Shown here: piece by piece, positions 53,797 to 63,974 of the stretch | Layout of the letters: every line of letters starts with the position of its first letter | How positions within the stretch are numbered: the first letter of the stretch is position 1 | Source of the DNA: Candidatus Latescibacterota bacterium | GTDB lineage: Bacteria > Latescibacterota > UBA2968 > UBA8231 | DNA length: 64,000 nucleotides | Reading direction: 5' to 3' | NCBI GenBank assembly: GCA_965243025.1 | Contig: CBDETY010000003.1 | Coordinates: 1,376,001-1,440,000 of the forward strand | The notes under the pieces: generated by a model | What the model saw: the letters and a program-made list of their open reading frames with translations, nothing else | Databases searched by the model: none | What the model was told of the DNA's origin: nothing | Position numbers and translations under genes: made by a program

Positions 53797-54398
53797 AGCG
53801 CTACCCAGCAGAAAACACCGTATGCGGGTCCCGGTCGGGGAACCGCATACAGATCCCCGCGTCCAATGCGGAGCCCCGCTGGCTCCCCGGCCGGGTCGGC
53901 CCGGGGATCCTGGCGATGGCCGCGGCGGCCTGGATGTTCTCCATCGCGTGTTCCCGGGAAACCCCCGAACAGGCGATGGCCGCCGCCGAAGCCGCGGCGC
54001 AGGCGGCGGCGACGGACAGCACCTCGCTGAACCTCGCTGCCGAACGGTTCGGCGATTTCCTCGAACGCTATCCCCGGCATGAGTCCGCTCCGAAAGCACT
54101 GCGGATGCTGGCCATGATCACCCAGCAGGAGGGGGACATGCGCGGTGCGATCGGGCACTACGAACGGCTGCTCGAGAAGTACGGCAGCAGCGAGTACGCC
54201 GACGACGCCCAGTTCATGGTCGGGTTCATCTCCGAGGAGTACCTCGACGACTACGCGCGCGCCCGCGAGTCCTATCGCCTGGTTATCGACCGCTATCCCG
54301 ATTCGGAACTCGCCGCCAGCGCCCGGCGGCTGTTGCCCAACGTCGGCAAGGCTCCCGAGGAATGGGTCAAGTTCCAGGAAGGGGCCAGCTCCCCGTAA
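53793..54398 (+). CDS. Tetratricopeptide-repeat (BamD/CpoB-like) probable lipoprotein
   Basis: SIAC lipobox-like motif; three TPR-like units ending YP.H / YG.S / YP.S. The true start may be downstream. Confidence 0.7.
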   Translation: MKRYPAENTVCGSRSGNRIQIPASNAEPRWLPGRVGPGILAMAAAAWMFSIACSRETPEQAMAAAEAAAQAAATDSTSLNLAAERFGDFLERYPRHESAPKALRMLAMITQQEGDMRGAIGHYERLLEKYGSSEYADDAQFMVGFISEEYLDDYARARESYRLVIDRYPDSELAASARRLLPNVGKAPEEWVKFQEGASSP

Positions 54399-54560
54399 GG
54401 CCGACCCCCGTTCCACCGGTTACTCAGCGATGATCGAGGCAGGTTCTCTCACCCATCGGATCGGAGTTCTCCCGAACGACGCAATTATCCGGCAACCTGC
54501 AGGGCTGGAAAAACCAGGGGTGGCTTCCTGGCGGCAGTCACCGGGTTCAGACAGGATTCC

Positions 54561-55556
54561 GTGACGACCGATATCGACATCAACGCCATAACCGAACGCG
54601 TCCACCGCGACTCCCAGGCGGTGGATCTCATCCTGCAGCAGATGGACCGCGTGGTCGTCGGCCAGCGCCACATGGTCGAACGCCTCGTCATCGGCCTGCT
54701 GTGCAACGGCCACGTCCTGCTGGAAGGCGTTCCGGGGCTTGCCAAGACCCTGACGGTGAGCACCCTTTCCAGGATAATCGGGGGCGATTTCAAGCGGCTT
54801 CAGTTCACCCCCGACCTGCTTCCCGCCGATCTGACGGGTACGCTCATCTTCGATCAGGTCTCGGGTACATTCCGGCCGAAGAAGGGCCCGATATTCGCCA
54901 ACCTCGTGCTTGCCGACGAGGTCAACCGGGCTCCGGCAAAGGTGCAGAGCGCCCTCCTCGAGTCGATGCAGGAACGCCAGGTGACGATCGGCGAAGAGAC
55001 TTACCCCCTGGACGATCCGTTTCTGGTGATGGCGACGCAGAACCCCATCGAGCAGGAGGGCACCTATCCTCTCCCCGAGGCGCAGATAGACCGTTTCATG
55101 CTGAAGGTCAAGGTCGGGTATCCGTCACGGGAGGAAGAGCGCTCCATTCTCGACCGCATGGCCGAGGACGGGGAAATCGAGGTCGAGCCAGTGGTGTCCC
55201 TCGACGACATACGTGCGCTTCGCAACTCGGTGCGCCTGGTGTATGTCGACGACAAGATCAAGGACTACGCCGTCGACCTGGTGCAGGCTACCCGCAACCC
55301 CGCTGGGGCGGGAATGTCAGAGCTCGCCGCTCTCATCGAATACGGGTCCTCTCCCAGGGCGACGATTTTCCTGGTACGGGCGGCACGGGCGCACGCCTTC
55401 ATCCGCAGGCGGGGATACGTTACCCCGGAAGACGTCAAGTCGGTGGGAGCCGACGTTCTGCGCCACCGCATCGTGGTCAGCTACGAAGGCGAGGCCGAGG
55501 AGATCGACTCGGAGGAGGTCGTCAGGCGGCTGTTCGACGGCGTCGAGGTTCCGTGA
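54561..55556 (+). CDS. MoxR family AAA+ ATPase
   Basis: HVLLEGVPGLAKT, RLQFTPDLLPAD, LADEVNRA, ATQNPIEQEGTYPLPEAQ.DRF, LRHRI. Confidence 0.95.
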   Translation: MTTDIDINAITERVHRDSQAVDLILQQMDRVVVGQRHMVERLVIGLLCNGHVLLEGVPGLAKTLTVSTLSRIIGGDFKRLQFTPDLLPADLTGTLIFDQVSGTFRPKKGPIFANLVLADEVNRAPAKVQSALLESMQERQVTIGEETYPLDDPFLVMATQNPIEQEGTYPLPEAQIDRFMLKVKVGYPSREEERSILDRMAEDGEIEVEPVVSLDDIRALRNSVRLVYVDDKIKDYAVDLVQATRNPAGAGMSELAALIEYGSSPRATIFLVRAARAHAFIRRRGYVTPEDVKSVGADVLRHRIVVSYEGEAEEIDSEEVVRRLFDGVEVP

Positions 55557-55563
55557 GGTCCAC

Positions 55564-56439
55564 TTGATACCCAGGGAAATTTTCGACCGGGTGCGGCTGA
55601 TCGAGATTCACACCCGCAGCGTCGTCAACAGCCTTTTCGCGGGGGAATACCACTCGGTGTTCAAGGGGCGCGGAATGGAGTTCGCCGAGGTCCGGGAGTA
55701 CCAGCAGGGGGACGACGTTCGCAGCATCGACTGGAACGTGACCGCCCGCGCCGGGCGGCCGTTCGTCAAGCTTTTCGACGAGGAGCGGGAACTGACGGTG
55801 CTGTTGGTCGTCGACGCCAGCGGTTCGGGGGCCTTCGGAAGCACCGACAAGATGAAGGGGGAGATCGGCGTCGAGATTTCCGCGCTGCTCGCTTTTTCCG
55901 CCATAAAGAACAACGACCGCGTCGGGCTGCTCATCTTCACGGACGAGGTCGAGGTCTTTCTGCCGCCGAAGAAGGGGCGCCGCCACGTTCTCCGCGTGAT
56001 CCGCGAACTGCTGTACTTCGAACCGCGGGGGCGCGGGACCTCGCTCGCCACGGCGCTGGAATACCTCGACCGGGTGGTTCACCGCCGCGGAGTTGTTTTC
56101 ATCATTTCCGACTTCCGCGACAGCGGCTACGATATGGCGCTGCGGCGTTTGAGCCGAAGCCACGACACCATAGCCGTCAACCTGGTCGATCCCCGCGAGG
56201 AGGCGCTGCCCGACGCCGGCATGCTTGCCCTGCACGACGCCGAAACGGGCGGCCGGTTGCTCGTCGACAGCGGAGACCCCCGCGTGCGCGAATTGTTTCA
56301 GACCGGGGAGGCCAACGCCGACGCAGCGCGACGACGGCTGTTCCGAAGTCTCGGTGTCGACGAGGTTCGCGTCGACACTTCCGCTTCCTGCATAGAGCCG
56401 CTAATACACTTTTTCAGGGCGCGAACGAGCCGCAATTAG
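55564..56439 (+). CDS. DUF58 (VWA-like) domain protein
   Basis: SVFKGRGMEFAEVREY..GDDVRSIDWNVTAR, VDASGS, IISDF. TTG start. Confidence 0.92.
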   Translation: MIPREIFDRVRLIEIHTRSVVNSLFAGEYHSVFKGRGMEFAEVREYQQGDDVRSIDWNVTARAGRPFVKLFDEERELTVLLVVDASGSGAFGSTDKMKGEIGVEISALLAFSAIKNNDRVGLLIFTDEVEVFLPPKKGRRHVLRVIRELLYFEPRGRGTSLATALEYLDRVVHRRGVVFIISDFRDSGYDMALRRLSRSHDTIAVNLVDPREEALPDAGMLALHDAETGGRLLVDSGDPRVRELFQTGEANADAARRRLFRSLGVDEVRVDTSASCIEPLIHFFRARTSRN

Positions 56440-56474
56440 CAGACCTGCCGAACACTGAACAGGAGGTGTAAAGG

Positions 56475-57422
56475 GTGATAGAGGTAAACGACCTGTCGAA
56501 GTACTACGGCGACGTGCCGGCCATCGACGGCGTGTCGTTCAGGGTAGAGAAGGGACAGATTCTCGGTTTTCTCGGTCCCAACGGAGCGGGAAAAACCACG
56601 ACGATGCGGGTCCTGACCTGCTACCTGCCGCCATCGAGCGGCAGCGCCTCGGTCGACGGCCACGACGTGGTCGAGGAATCGCTCGAGGTCCGCAAGCGCA
56701 TCGGCTACCTCCCGGAGCTGCCGCCCCTCTACAGCGACATGACAGTCGATTCATACCTGGGTTTCGTCGCCAGGATAAAGGGGGTGCCCGGTCCGGAGAT
56801 CAGCGCGCGAATGGACGAGACCATGGAACGGACCGGAATCGCCCATGTCCGCAGCCAGGTAATCGGCCACCTGTCCAAGGGTTACCGCCAGCGGGTAGGG
56901 CTCGCCCAGGCGCTGGTTCACAACCCGAGCGTTCTCATTCTCGACGAGCCGACGGTCGGACTCGACCCGAAGCAGATCATCGAGATCCGCGAGACCATCA
57001 GGGGATTGGGGGGAGACCACACCATCATCCTCAGCACCCACATCCTGCCCGAGGTCAGCATGACCTGCGAGAAGGTGGTTATCATCAACGCAGGCCGCAT
57101 AGTCGGGGAGGGTACGCCCGAAAGCCTGATCGCCGAGTTGAAGGAAGGGGAGATGCTGCGCGCCCAGGTCGCCGGGCCCCCGGAGGAGATCCGCTCGGCC
57201 ATAGAGGGTGTGGAAGGGGTCATCGAGGTGCGCGAGGACACCGCCGGCGGCAGCGGCGGCGCCGATACGGTCTTCATCGTCACCGCGGCTCCGGGAAGGG
57301 AGATCAGGGACCAGGTCGCCAAGCGGCTCGTCGACGGAGGTTACGGACTGCGCGAGCTGCGCGGCCTCGAGATGACCCTTGAAGATATTTTCCTGCGCCT
57401 GACCACCGAGGAGGAGGCTTGA
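56475..57422 (+). CDS. ABC transporter ATP-binding protein (GldA-like)
   Basis: GPNGAGKTT, LSKGYRQRVGLAQA, ILDEPT, STHIL. Confidence 0.93.
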   Translation: MIEVNDLSKYYGDVPAIDGVSFRVEKGQILGFLGPNGAGKTTTMRVLTCYLPPSSGSASVDGHDVVEESLEVRKRIGYLPELPPLYSDMTVDSYLGFVARIKGVPGPEISARMDETMERTGIAHVRSQVIGHLSKGYRQRVGLAQALVHNPSVLILDEPTVGLDPKQIIEIRETIRGLGGDHTIILSTHILPEVSMTCEKVVIINAGRIVGEGTPESLIAELKEGEMLRAQVAGPPEEIRSAIEGVEGVIEVREDTAGGSGGADTVFIVTAAPGREIRDQVAKRLVDGGYGLRELRGLEMTLEDIFLRLTTEEEA

Positions 57423-58210
57423 AGATGCGCAACCTGCTCGCCGTTTACTCCAAGGAGATGCGGTCGTACTTCGTGTCACCGGTAGCCTACGTGATCGCCG
57501 GGGTGTTCCTGTTCCTGTCGGGTTACCTGTTCCGCAACATCCTGATGCAGTTCAACTGGTGGTGCCTTCAGTACAGCCAGCGGGCCCAGTACATGGACGC
57601 CAGCGGCATGCCGCCCCTCAACCTGAACGAGATGGTGGTGACCCAGTTCTTCGCGGTCATGGACTTCATCTGGCTGCTCGTGGTGCCGATGCTGACGATG
57701 CGGCTGTTCGCCGAGGAGAAGAAAACGGGGACGATCGAGCTGCTGATGACGTCGCCGATCTCGACGACCCAGATCCTGCTCGGAAAGTTCTTCGCCTGCT
57801 TCACGCTCTACACCGCCATCGTCGCCCTGACCCTCGTGTACTGCGGCATCCTCGAAGTTTACGGCGATCCGGACTGGGGACCGATCTGGTCCGCCTATCT
57901 CGGGTACCTGCTGCTCGGGGGCACCTTCATCGGCGTCGGCATTCTCGCATCCGCCGTCACCGAAAACCAGATCGTCGCCGTGCTTCTCGCCTTCGGCGCC
58001 CTCCTGCTGCTCTGGCTGATCGACTGGTCGGCGAGCTTCGCCGGTCCGACTCTGGCCAAGATCCTCCAGTACCTGTCGATCATCCAGCACCTCCAGGACT
58101 TCCAGCGCGGCGTCATCGACACCAAGGACGTCGTCTTCTACCTGAGCTTCGTTTTCTTCACCCTGTTCGCCACCGGCCGCGTCATCGAGTCGAGACGCTG
58201 GCGGCGGTAA
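57419..58210 (+). CDS. ABC-2 type permease (GldF-like)
   Basis: KEMRSYFVSPVAY, MRLFAEEKKTGTIELLMTSP, ENQIVA, RGVID. Confidence 0.9.
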   Translation: MKMRNLLAVYSKEMRSYFVSPVAYVIAGVFLFLSGYLFRNILMQFNWWCLQYSQRAQYMDASGMPPLNLNEMVVTQFFAVMDFIWLLVVPMLTMRLFAEEKKTGTIELLMTSPISTTQILLGKFFACFTLYTAIVALTLVYCGILEVYGDPDWGPIWSAYLGYLLLGGTFIGVGILASAVTENQIVAVLLAFGALLLLWLIDWSASFAGPTLAKILQYLSIIQHLQDFQRGVIDTKDVVFYLSFVFFTLFATGRVIESRRWRR

Positions 58211-58231
58211 GGGGACGGCAATCGAATCGCG

Positions 58232-61200
58232 ATGAAAGCGTATACCACCCACATCAGCCTGGCCGGCGCCGCCCTCGCACTCATGGGGGCGCTGGCGCTG
58301 GCTCTCGATCCCGAGGAAACGGGCGTACAGCTCGCCTGCCTCGGGGCCGGGGTGCTGGTGATCGCGGTCTGCGCCGCGATCAACCCCGCCCTGTTCAAAC
58401 AGTACTCGAGCTGGCTCAACGCCCTGTGGGGGAGCATCCTGGTGCTGTTGATCGTCGTCATGGTCAACTTCGTCACCAGTTCCCACCCGCAGCGGTACGA
58501 TCTCACCGCGGGAAAGCTCCACAGCCTCTCCCCCCTCACGGTGGAGTCGCTGCAGGGGCTCGACAGCGAAGTGCGCGTCCTCGCCTTCATGGAGAAGGGG
58601 GAAAACGAGAAGCTCGAGAGCCTGCTCGAGCAGTACTCGACGTACAGCGGCTCCTTCGATTTCGAGCTCGTCGATCCCGACCGCGATCCCCGGAGAACGA
58701 GCGACTACGGCATCCGCCGCTACAACACCGTCGTTGTCGAGTCGGGCGAGAAGCAGCAGAAGGTGACCGAGCTGACCGAGAAGGAACTCACCAACGCGAT
58801 GCTCAAGGTGACCCGGGACCGCCAGTCCTTCGTCTATCTCACCGTCGGCCACGGCGAGAAGGGGGTTTCCCAGACCGAACTCGGGCTCAGCAGACTGCGG
58901 GACCGCCTGCAGGAGATCGACTACGTGGTCGAGGACTCGCTTTTCCTCGCCAGGGCCGGCGAAGTCCCGGGCGACTGCGCGGTGCTGGTCATCGCCGGGC
59001 CGCAGTCTCCGTTCTTCAGCACCGAAGCGGAGGCAATCGCGCGCTACCTCGACGCCGGAGGCTCGGTCATCGCCCTCCTCGACCCGGCCAACGAGAGCGG
59101 ACTGGAGGCGCTGTTCGCTTCATGGGGGGTCGAGTTGGGGGACGACTTCGTCATCGACACGAGCGGAATCGGGAGCCTGTTCGGTCTCGATTTCACCATT
59201 CCCGTCGCCGTCAGCTACGACCAGGAGCATCCGCTGGTCAGCAAGCACCGTTCGGGCACCATGACCTTCTTCGAGCTGGCGCGCTCGGTCCGCTTCGTCG
59301 GGACCGAATCCGTCGAAGGTGTGGAGCTGGTAACGACGAGCAGCCAGAGCTGGGCCGAGCGGGATCTCAGCGCCCTCCAGCCCGGACAGGGGAAGCGCAC
59401 GGTATCGCTGGACGAGGGCGTCGACCGGGCCGGCCCGGTAGCCCTGGGGGTCGCCGCGAAGCGGCAGGAGGGCGGCAGGCTCGTCCTCTTCGGCGATTCT
59501 GACTTTGCCAGCAACCGCTATTTCGACCTCCAGGGAAACGGCGATCTCATCCTCAACGCGATCAGCTGGCTGGCCGCGGACGAGGGCCTGATCTCCATCA
59601 GGCCGCGCGAGGCCGGCTTCAACCCGATCGCGCTGACCGACAGCCAGTCGGAATGGATCTTCTGGGTCGGCGTCATCCTGTATCCTCTGGCGGTTGCCCT
59701 CGCCGGCTTCTTCGTCGTCTCGAGCAAGGGCCGCTGGAGCGTGCGCGATCTCCTGGCCGCCGGGCTCGGACTGGCGCTGTCCCTCGGCATCGTCACCCTG
59801 GTGAACTTCATCGGCGACCGCTATCACAGCCGTCTCGATCTGACCGCGGACGGCCTGTTCACCCTGTCCCCGAAAACGCGGGATCTGCTCGAGCGGGCCG
59901 AACGGCAGGACCGCCTCATTACCGTCAAGGCGTTCACTTCCGAGATCGAGTCGATGCGCTTTCGCGAATTGATGGACGAGTACAGTTACGAGACGCGCAA
60001 CTTCGATTACGAGATAGTCGATCCGCAGCAGCGCTCCCTGGAATGGAAGCAGCACGGGGTAACCGTCCGGGGAACCTCCCTCGTCGAGGTGTCGGGGGAC
60101 GGCAAGGTGCACAGCGAACGCATCGAGGAACAGACCGAAGAGGCGCTGAGCAACGCGATCAAGAGCGCCCTCGATGCCCGCGAGCGCCGCATAGCGTTCA
60201 TCGGCGGGCACGGCGAGGGAATGCTGACGGAAGTCGGCGGGGAGGGGTTCAGCATACTCAACGGGCGCCTGAAGGAGTTGAATCTGCAGATCGACGAGGG
60301 CGTCCGGCTCGACGGCGCCCCGATAGCGGCGCAGACGCTGGTCCTCCTCGGCCCGAAGCAGCCGTTGTCGGCGGTCGAGGCGGTGGCATTCGAAGCCCTC
60401 CTCCGCAAGGGCAAGGACGCTCTTGTCCTCACGGATCCAGGTGTCGACACCGGGCTCGAATCCGTGCTGGAGGGGTACGGTATCGAACTGGGGAACGACT
60501 TCGTCGTCGACCTGAGCGGTATCGGGCAGCTCCTCGGCGCCGACGTTTCGGTTCCCGTCGTGATCCAGTACGGCAACCACCCGGCCACCGGAAAGATCGG
60601 CTCCGGCACGATGAGCTTCTTCCCGTTTGCGCGCTCGGTTACTCCGGCTGCGGACGAGGTCGCCGGCTCGGAAATCACCGCCCTGGCCTTCACCCACCGC
60701 AGCAGCTGGGGGGAGACCGATCTGTCGCCGCTGGCAGGAGAGGGAGGGCAGGTCGAGTTCGATCCGGAGAAGGACCGCCAGGGCCCCCTGTCGCTGGCGG
60801 TAGCGGTCAAGGCCGATCCCGACAGCGCCGCCAGCGGCGACAAGACCCGTCTCGCGGTCTTCGGGGACTCCGACTTCGCCCGCAACCAGTACTTCGGCCA
60901 GCAGGCCAACGGCGAGCTGTTGATCGGGGCCCTGAAATGGGTGACCGAGAGCGAGGATCGTCTGGCGATTCCCGTGAAACGCCCCGCCTTCAACCCCATC
61001 AACCTCGTCGGCAACCAGGGGGACGTGGTGCTGTGGGTCTCGGTGTTCGTGCTGCCTTTCGCCGTCGCCCTGTCGGGATTCGTCATCATGCTGCGCCGCG
61101 GCTACGCGGCCTACTCTTCCGGGTTTGTCCGCTGGCTGATGTACTCCCACTTCTCGGCGGCAACCGGTCTCTTCGGCCTGGCGACGGTGGCGGTCGCCGA

Positions 61201-61456
61201 CGGCAACATCCTCGCCGGGCTCGGTTACTTCATCCTGTCGGTCGGACTGGCGATGACCGGCTACGGCCTGCACCGCAGGGAGCCCTGGTCATGGCCCGCG
61301 GCCCTGGCCTTCAGCGCAATCGTCGTCGGGGTCGGGTTCGCCGCGATTCCCCACGAGACCCTGCAGCTGGTATCCGCCGGCTGGTGGATTGCAAATGCCT
61401 GTATCCTCGTCTGGATAAAGAGCGACTTCACCCCGAAAACCGGGACGGAGAAGTAG
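58232..61456 (+). CDS. GldG-like ABC-associated membrane protein with two tandem periplasmic domains
   Basis: Two copies of DLT..LS, GHGE, GP, HP, FGDSDF..N, each followed by a TM helix, plus a C-terminal multi-TM extension. Confidence 0.85.
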   Translation: MKAYTTHISLAGAALALMGALALALDPEETGVQLACLGAGVLVIAVCAAINPALFKQYSSWLNALWGSILVLLIVVMVNFVTSSHPQRYDLTAGKLHSLSPLTVESLQGLDSEVRVLAFMEKGENEKLESLLEQYSTYSGSFDFELVDPDRDPRRTSDYGIRRYNTVVVESGEKQQKVTELTEKELTNAMLKVTRDRQSFVYLTVGHGEKGVSQTELGLSRLRDRLQEIDYVVEDSLFLARAGEVPGDCAVLVIAGPQSPFFSTEAEAIARYLDAGGSVIALLDPANESGLEALFASWGVELGDDFVIDTSGIGSLFGLDFTIPVAVSYDQEHPLVSKHRSGTMTFFELARSVRFVGTESVEGVELVTTSSQSWAERDLSALQPGQGKRTVSLDEGVDRAGPVALGVAAKRQEGGRLVLFGDSDFASNRYFDLQGNGDLILNAISWLAADEGLISIRPREAGFNPIALTDSQSEWIFWVGVILYPLAVALAGFFVVSSKGRWSVRDLLAAGLGLALSLGIVTLVNFIGDRYHSRLDLTADGLFTLSPKTRDLLERAERQDRLITVKAFTSEIESMRFRELMDEYSYETRNFDYEIVDPQQRSLEWKQHGVTVRGTSLVEVSGDGKVHSERIEEQTEEALSNAIKSALDARERRIAFIGGHGEGMLTEVGGEGFSILNGRLKELNLQIDEGVRLDGAPIAAQTLVLLGPKQPLSAVEAVAFEALLRKGKDALVLTDPGVDTGLESVLEGYGIELGNDFVVDLSGIGQLLGADVSVPVVIQYGNHPATGKIGSGTMSFFPFARSVTPAADEVAGSEITALAFTHRSSWGETDLSPLAGEGGQVEFDPEKDRQGPLSLAVAVKADPDSAASGDKTRLAVFGDSDFARNQYFGQQANGELLIGALKWVTESEDRLAIPVKRPAFNPINLVGNQGDVVLWVSVFVLPFAVALSGFVIMLRRGYAAYSSGFVRWLMYSHFSAATGLFGLATVAVADGNILAGLGYFILSVGLAMTGYGLHRREPWSWPAALAFSAIVVGVGFAAIPHETLQLVSAGWWIANACILVWIKSDFTPKTGTEK

Positions 61457-61459
61457 GAG

Positions 61460-62884
61460 ATGCGGTTCAAGACCAACCTCGTCATCAGCGCCGTTTTCGC
61501 AGCCCTGCTGGCATTCGTCTATTTCTACGAGATAAAGGGAGGGGAGGAGCGCGAAGAAGCGGCGAAGAAAGCCAGGCAGCTGCTCGACTTCAGCGATCAC
61601 GAAGCGGCGCGGATCTTCATCGAGCGCGCCGACACCCCAATCTCGGTGGCCAGGACCCCGGACGGCTGGCGCCTGCAGTCCCCGGTGACGGCCGACGCCG
61701 ACGAGAAGGCGATCGAGAGGTATCTTCGCAACCTGCGCGAAACCGAGATCGAGCGCGTCGTCGAAGACAGCGCCGCGGCCGCCGGCAACCCCGGGCTGGC
61801 GGCGAAGTACGGCCTCGTCAACCCCAGGCTGCGGGTCCTGATCGAGCTTTCCGAGGCGGTTCTCGACACCGTCGTTCTGGGGGCGGACAGTCCGACCGAA
61901 CGCTACGCGTACGCCCGGCGCAGCGGTGAGAATCCGGAGATATTCACCGTGCGCGCCTGGCGCTTCGACAACCTCGACAAGGGGATCTTCGACCTGAGAG
62001 ATCGCAGGGTTCTGGTTTTCGACAGCGAAGAAGTGCGCGAGATCGGCCTGGCCGGTTTCGCCCTCGAGGAGGAGCTCGCCGTTGTCCGGGAGGAAGAGGA
62101 CAGCTGGAGGCTGATGCCGGCCGACCGGCGCGCGGATGCCTCCGCAGTCGAGGAGCTGTTGCGTGAGCTTTCGAGCTCCGAGGTGCAGTCCTTCGTGAGC
62201 GAAACACCCGGAGATGAGGAGAAAGCGAATCGGGGTCTTTCCGAGCCGATATTCGAAGTCTCCCTTCTCCTGGGCGAGGAGCGGGCGGAGAAGCGGCTGT
62301 CCATCGGCCTCGAGGAGGAAGACGGGAAGCACTTCGCCTTCGATCCCAGCCGCGCGCCGATTTTCCTGGTCGATTCCACCCTCGTCAACGCCGCCGGCAG
62401 GAGCGCGCATGACCTGCGGGACAAACAGCCGGCAGCGGTCGAGGACCGCGACGCCATCGGCAGGATCGAGCTCTGGCAGGGGGAAGAGCCGGCGTTCACG
62501 GCCGAGCGCGACACGACCGGCGGCTGGCACATCTCCGCGCCTGAGGACCGCGAGGCAAAGTCGTGGAAACTCAACAGCCTGCTGGGCGACATCGACGGCA
62601 TCGAGGTCGAGGAATTCACTGTCGATGCCGCCGGGGATGCGGCCATAGACCTCGCTTCGTACGGCCTCGACGTTCCCGCGGTGCGCATTCAGCTCACCGA
62701 CGACCTCGAAGAGAAATTGGAAATCCGGGTCGGCGAGGTGGACGGCAGCGCCTATCTCATGCGCACGGGGGTGGCCTCGGTATACCGGGTCGGCACCGAC
62801 CTGCTCGAGGATCTGAAGCTCGGCCTCGACGACGTTTCGAAAGCCCCGGTCGCCAGGGCAGCGGACGACACCACCGCCGATTAG
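61460..62884 (+). CDS. DUF4340 domain-containing protein
   Basis: N-terminal anchor; repeated W.L..P...AD / YGL..P / DLRD units; usual position after GldG-like genes. Confidence 0.8.
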   Translation: MRFKTNLVISAVFAALLAFVYFYEIKGGEEREEAAKKARQLLDFSDHEAARIFIERADTPISVARTPDGWRLQSPVTADADEKAIERYLRNLRETEIERVVEDSAAAAGNPGLAAKYGLVNPRLRVLIELSEAVLDTVVLGADSPTERYAYARRSGENPEIFTVRAWRFDNLDKGIFDLRDRRVLVFDSEEVREIGLAGFALEEELAVVREEEDSWRLMPADRRADASAVEELLRELSSSEVQSFVSETPGDEEKANRGLSEPIFEVSLLLGEERAEKRLSIGLEEEDGKHFAFDPSRAPIFLVDSTLVNAAGRSAHDLRDKQPAAVEDRDAIGRIELWQGEEPAFTAERDTTGGWHISAPEDREAKSWKLNSLLGDIDGIEVEEFTVDAAGDAAIDLASYGLDVPAVRIQLTDDLEEKLEIRVGEVDGSAYLMRTGVASVYRVGTDLLEDLKLGLDDVSKAPVARAADDTTAD

Positions 62885-62894
62885 AGGGGGGAGG

Positions 62895-63968
62895 ATGTCG
62901 CGGCACCGCGGTCCGTCGTTGCGGCTCAGGGCATGCGGATTCGCCACTTTCCTCTTCCCGGTCGTCGCCGCCCTCGCCCAGGGAGCCCCTGGCCCGGCAA
63001 CGGCCGTCGAAGTCTCCGCCCGGCTCGATACCGCCGCGGCCAGCATCGGGGCGCCGCTTACCCTGACCTTGCGCCTGCGCTACCCGGCCGAATACTCGCC
63101 GCTGTTTCCCCGCATGGAAGAGATACTTCCGCGGCAGCTGGCGGTCGAAGCTTTTTCTCCCGCAGTCAACCCCCGGCCCCTCTCTGCCGGAGAGGTCGAA
63201 GCGGACGCCACCTGCCGTGTGCGGGCGTTCGACCTCGGGGAGCTGACGATCCCCCCCATCCCGATCCGATTCGCCGCCGCGGGGAAGGACACCCTGCTGC
63301 GCAGCACCGCCCCGCTGATTCTCGAAATCCTGCCGGTCCGGGATCCGGAGGACGACGAGCTGCGGGACATCGTCCCTCCGCTGGTTATCGCCGGCGGGAT
63401 TCCGGTCTGGCTCCTCGCCCTGCTCGCGACGCTGGCGGCAGTGGCAGCGGCCTGGATTCTGAAGGTGTTCTATCTCGATCGCCGGGCTCGCGGCATCGCC
63501 TCCCAACCCCCTCCTCCACCTGTCGACTACGTCGCCGAATTCAGGAAAATCGCAGGCATGGGACTGGTGGCACGCCGCGCTTACAAGAGGCACTACACCT
63601 TGCTGTCGGAAACCCTGCGGCGGTTTTTCGAGGACAGGGCAGGGGTGGAGGCGCTGGAGCGGACGACCGCTGAAATCGAAGGGGCGCTCGTCCGCATCCC
63701 CGGGTTTCCCGGGGAGATCGAGCGCCAGGCGGCCGTTTTCCTCAGGGTCGCCGATCTCGTCAAGTTCGCCCGTCACGTCCCGGAGGCCGCCGAAGCGGAA
63801 GCGGGCCCGGAAAGGGGAATCGAGATCGTCCAGGGTCTGGAGGACTGGCTGCGGGAACGGGCGAAAGCCCGGGAAGAAGGCCCCGCGGGAGGACTGAGGG
63901 AAACGGAGGAGTCCGGGACCGGTTCAGGCGGAACCGTGGTCCCTTCCGGGGCCCCGGGGGAGGCATAG
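62895..63968 (+). CDS. BatD-like membrane protein of MoxR/DUF58/VWA clusters
   Basis: Signal peptide, Ig-like N-terminus (IGAPLTLTL), LRDIVPP, one TM helix, ALERTT.E, ADLVKFA. Confidence 0.72.
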   Translation: MSRHRGPSLRLRACGFATFLFPVVAALAQGAPGPATAVEVSARLDTAAASIGAPLTLTLRLRYPAEYSPLFPRMEEILPRQLAVEAFSPAVNPRPLSAGEVEADATCRVRAFDLGELTIPPIPIRFAAAGKDTLLRSTAPLILEILPVRDPEDDELRDIVPPLVIAGGIPVWLLALLATLAAVAAAWILKVFYLDRRARGIASQPPPPPVDYVAEFRKIAGMGLVARRAYKRHYTLLSETLRRFFEDRAGVEALERTTAEIEGALVRIPGFPGEIERQAAVFLRVADLVKFARHVPEAAEAEAGPERGIEIVQGLEDWLRERAKAREEGPAGGLRETEESGTGSGGTVVPSGAPGEA

Positions 63969-63974
63969 GAGCCA

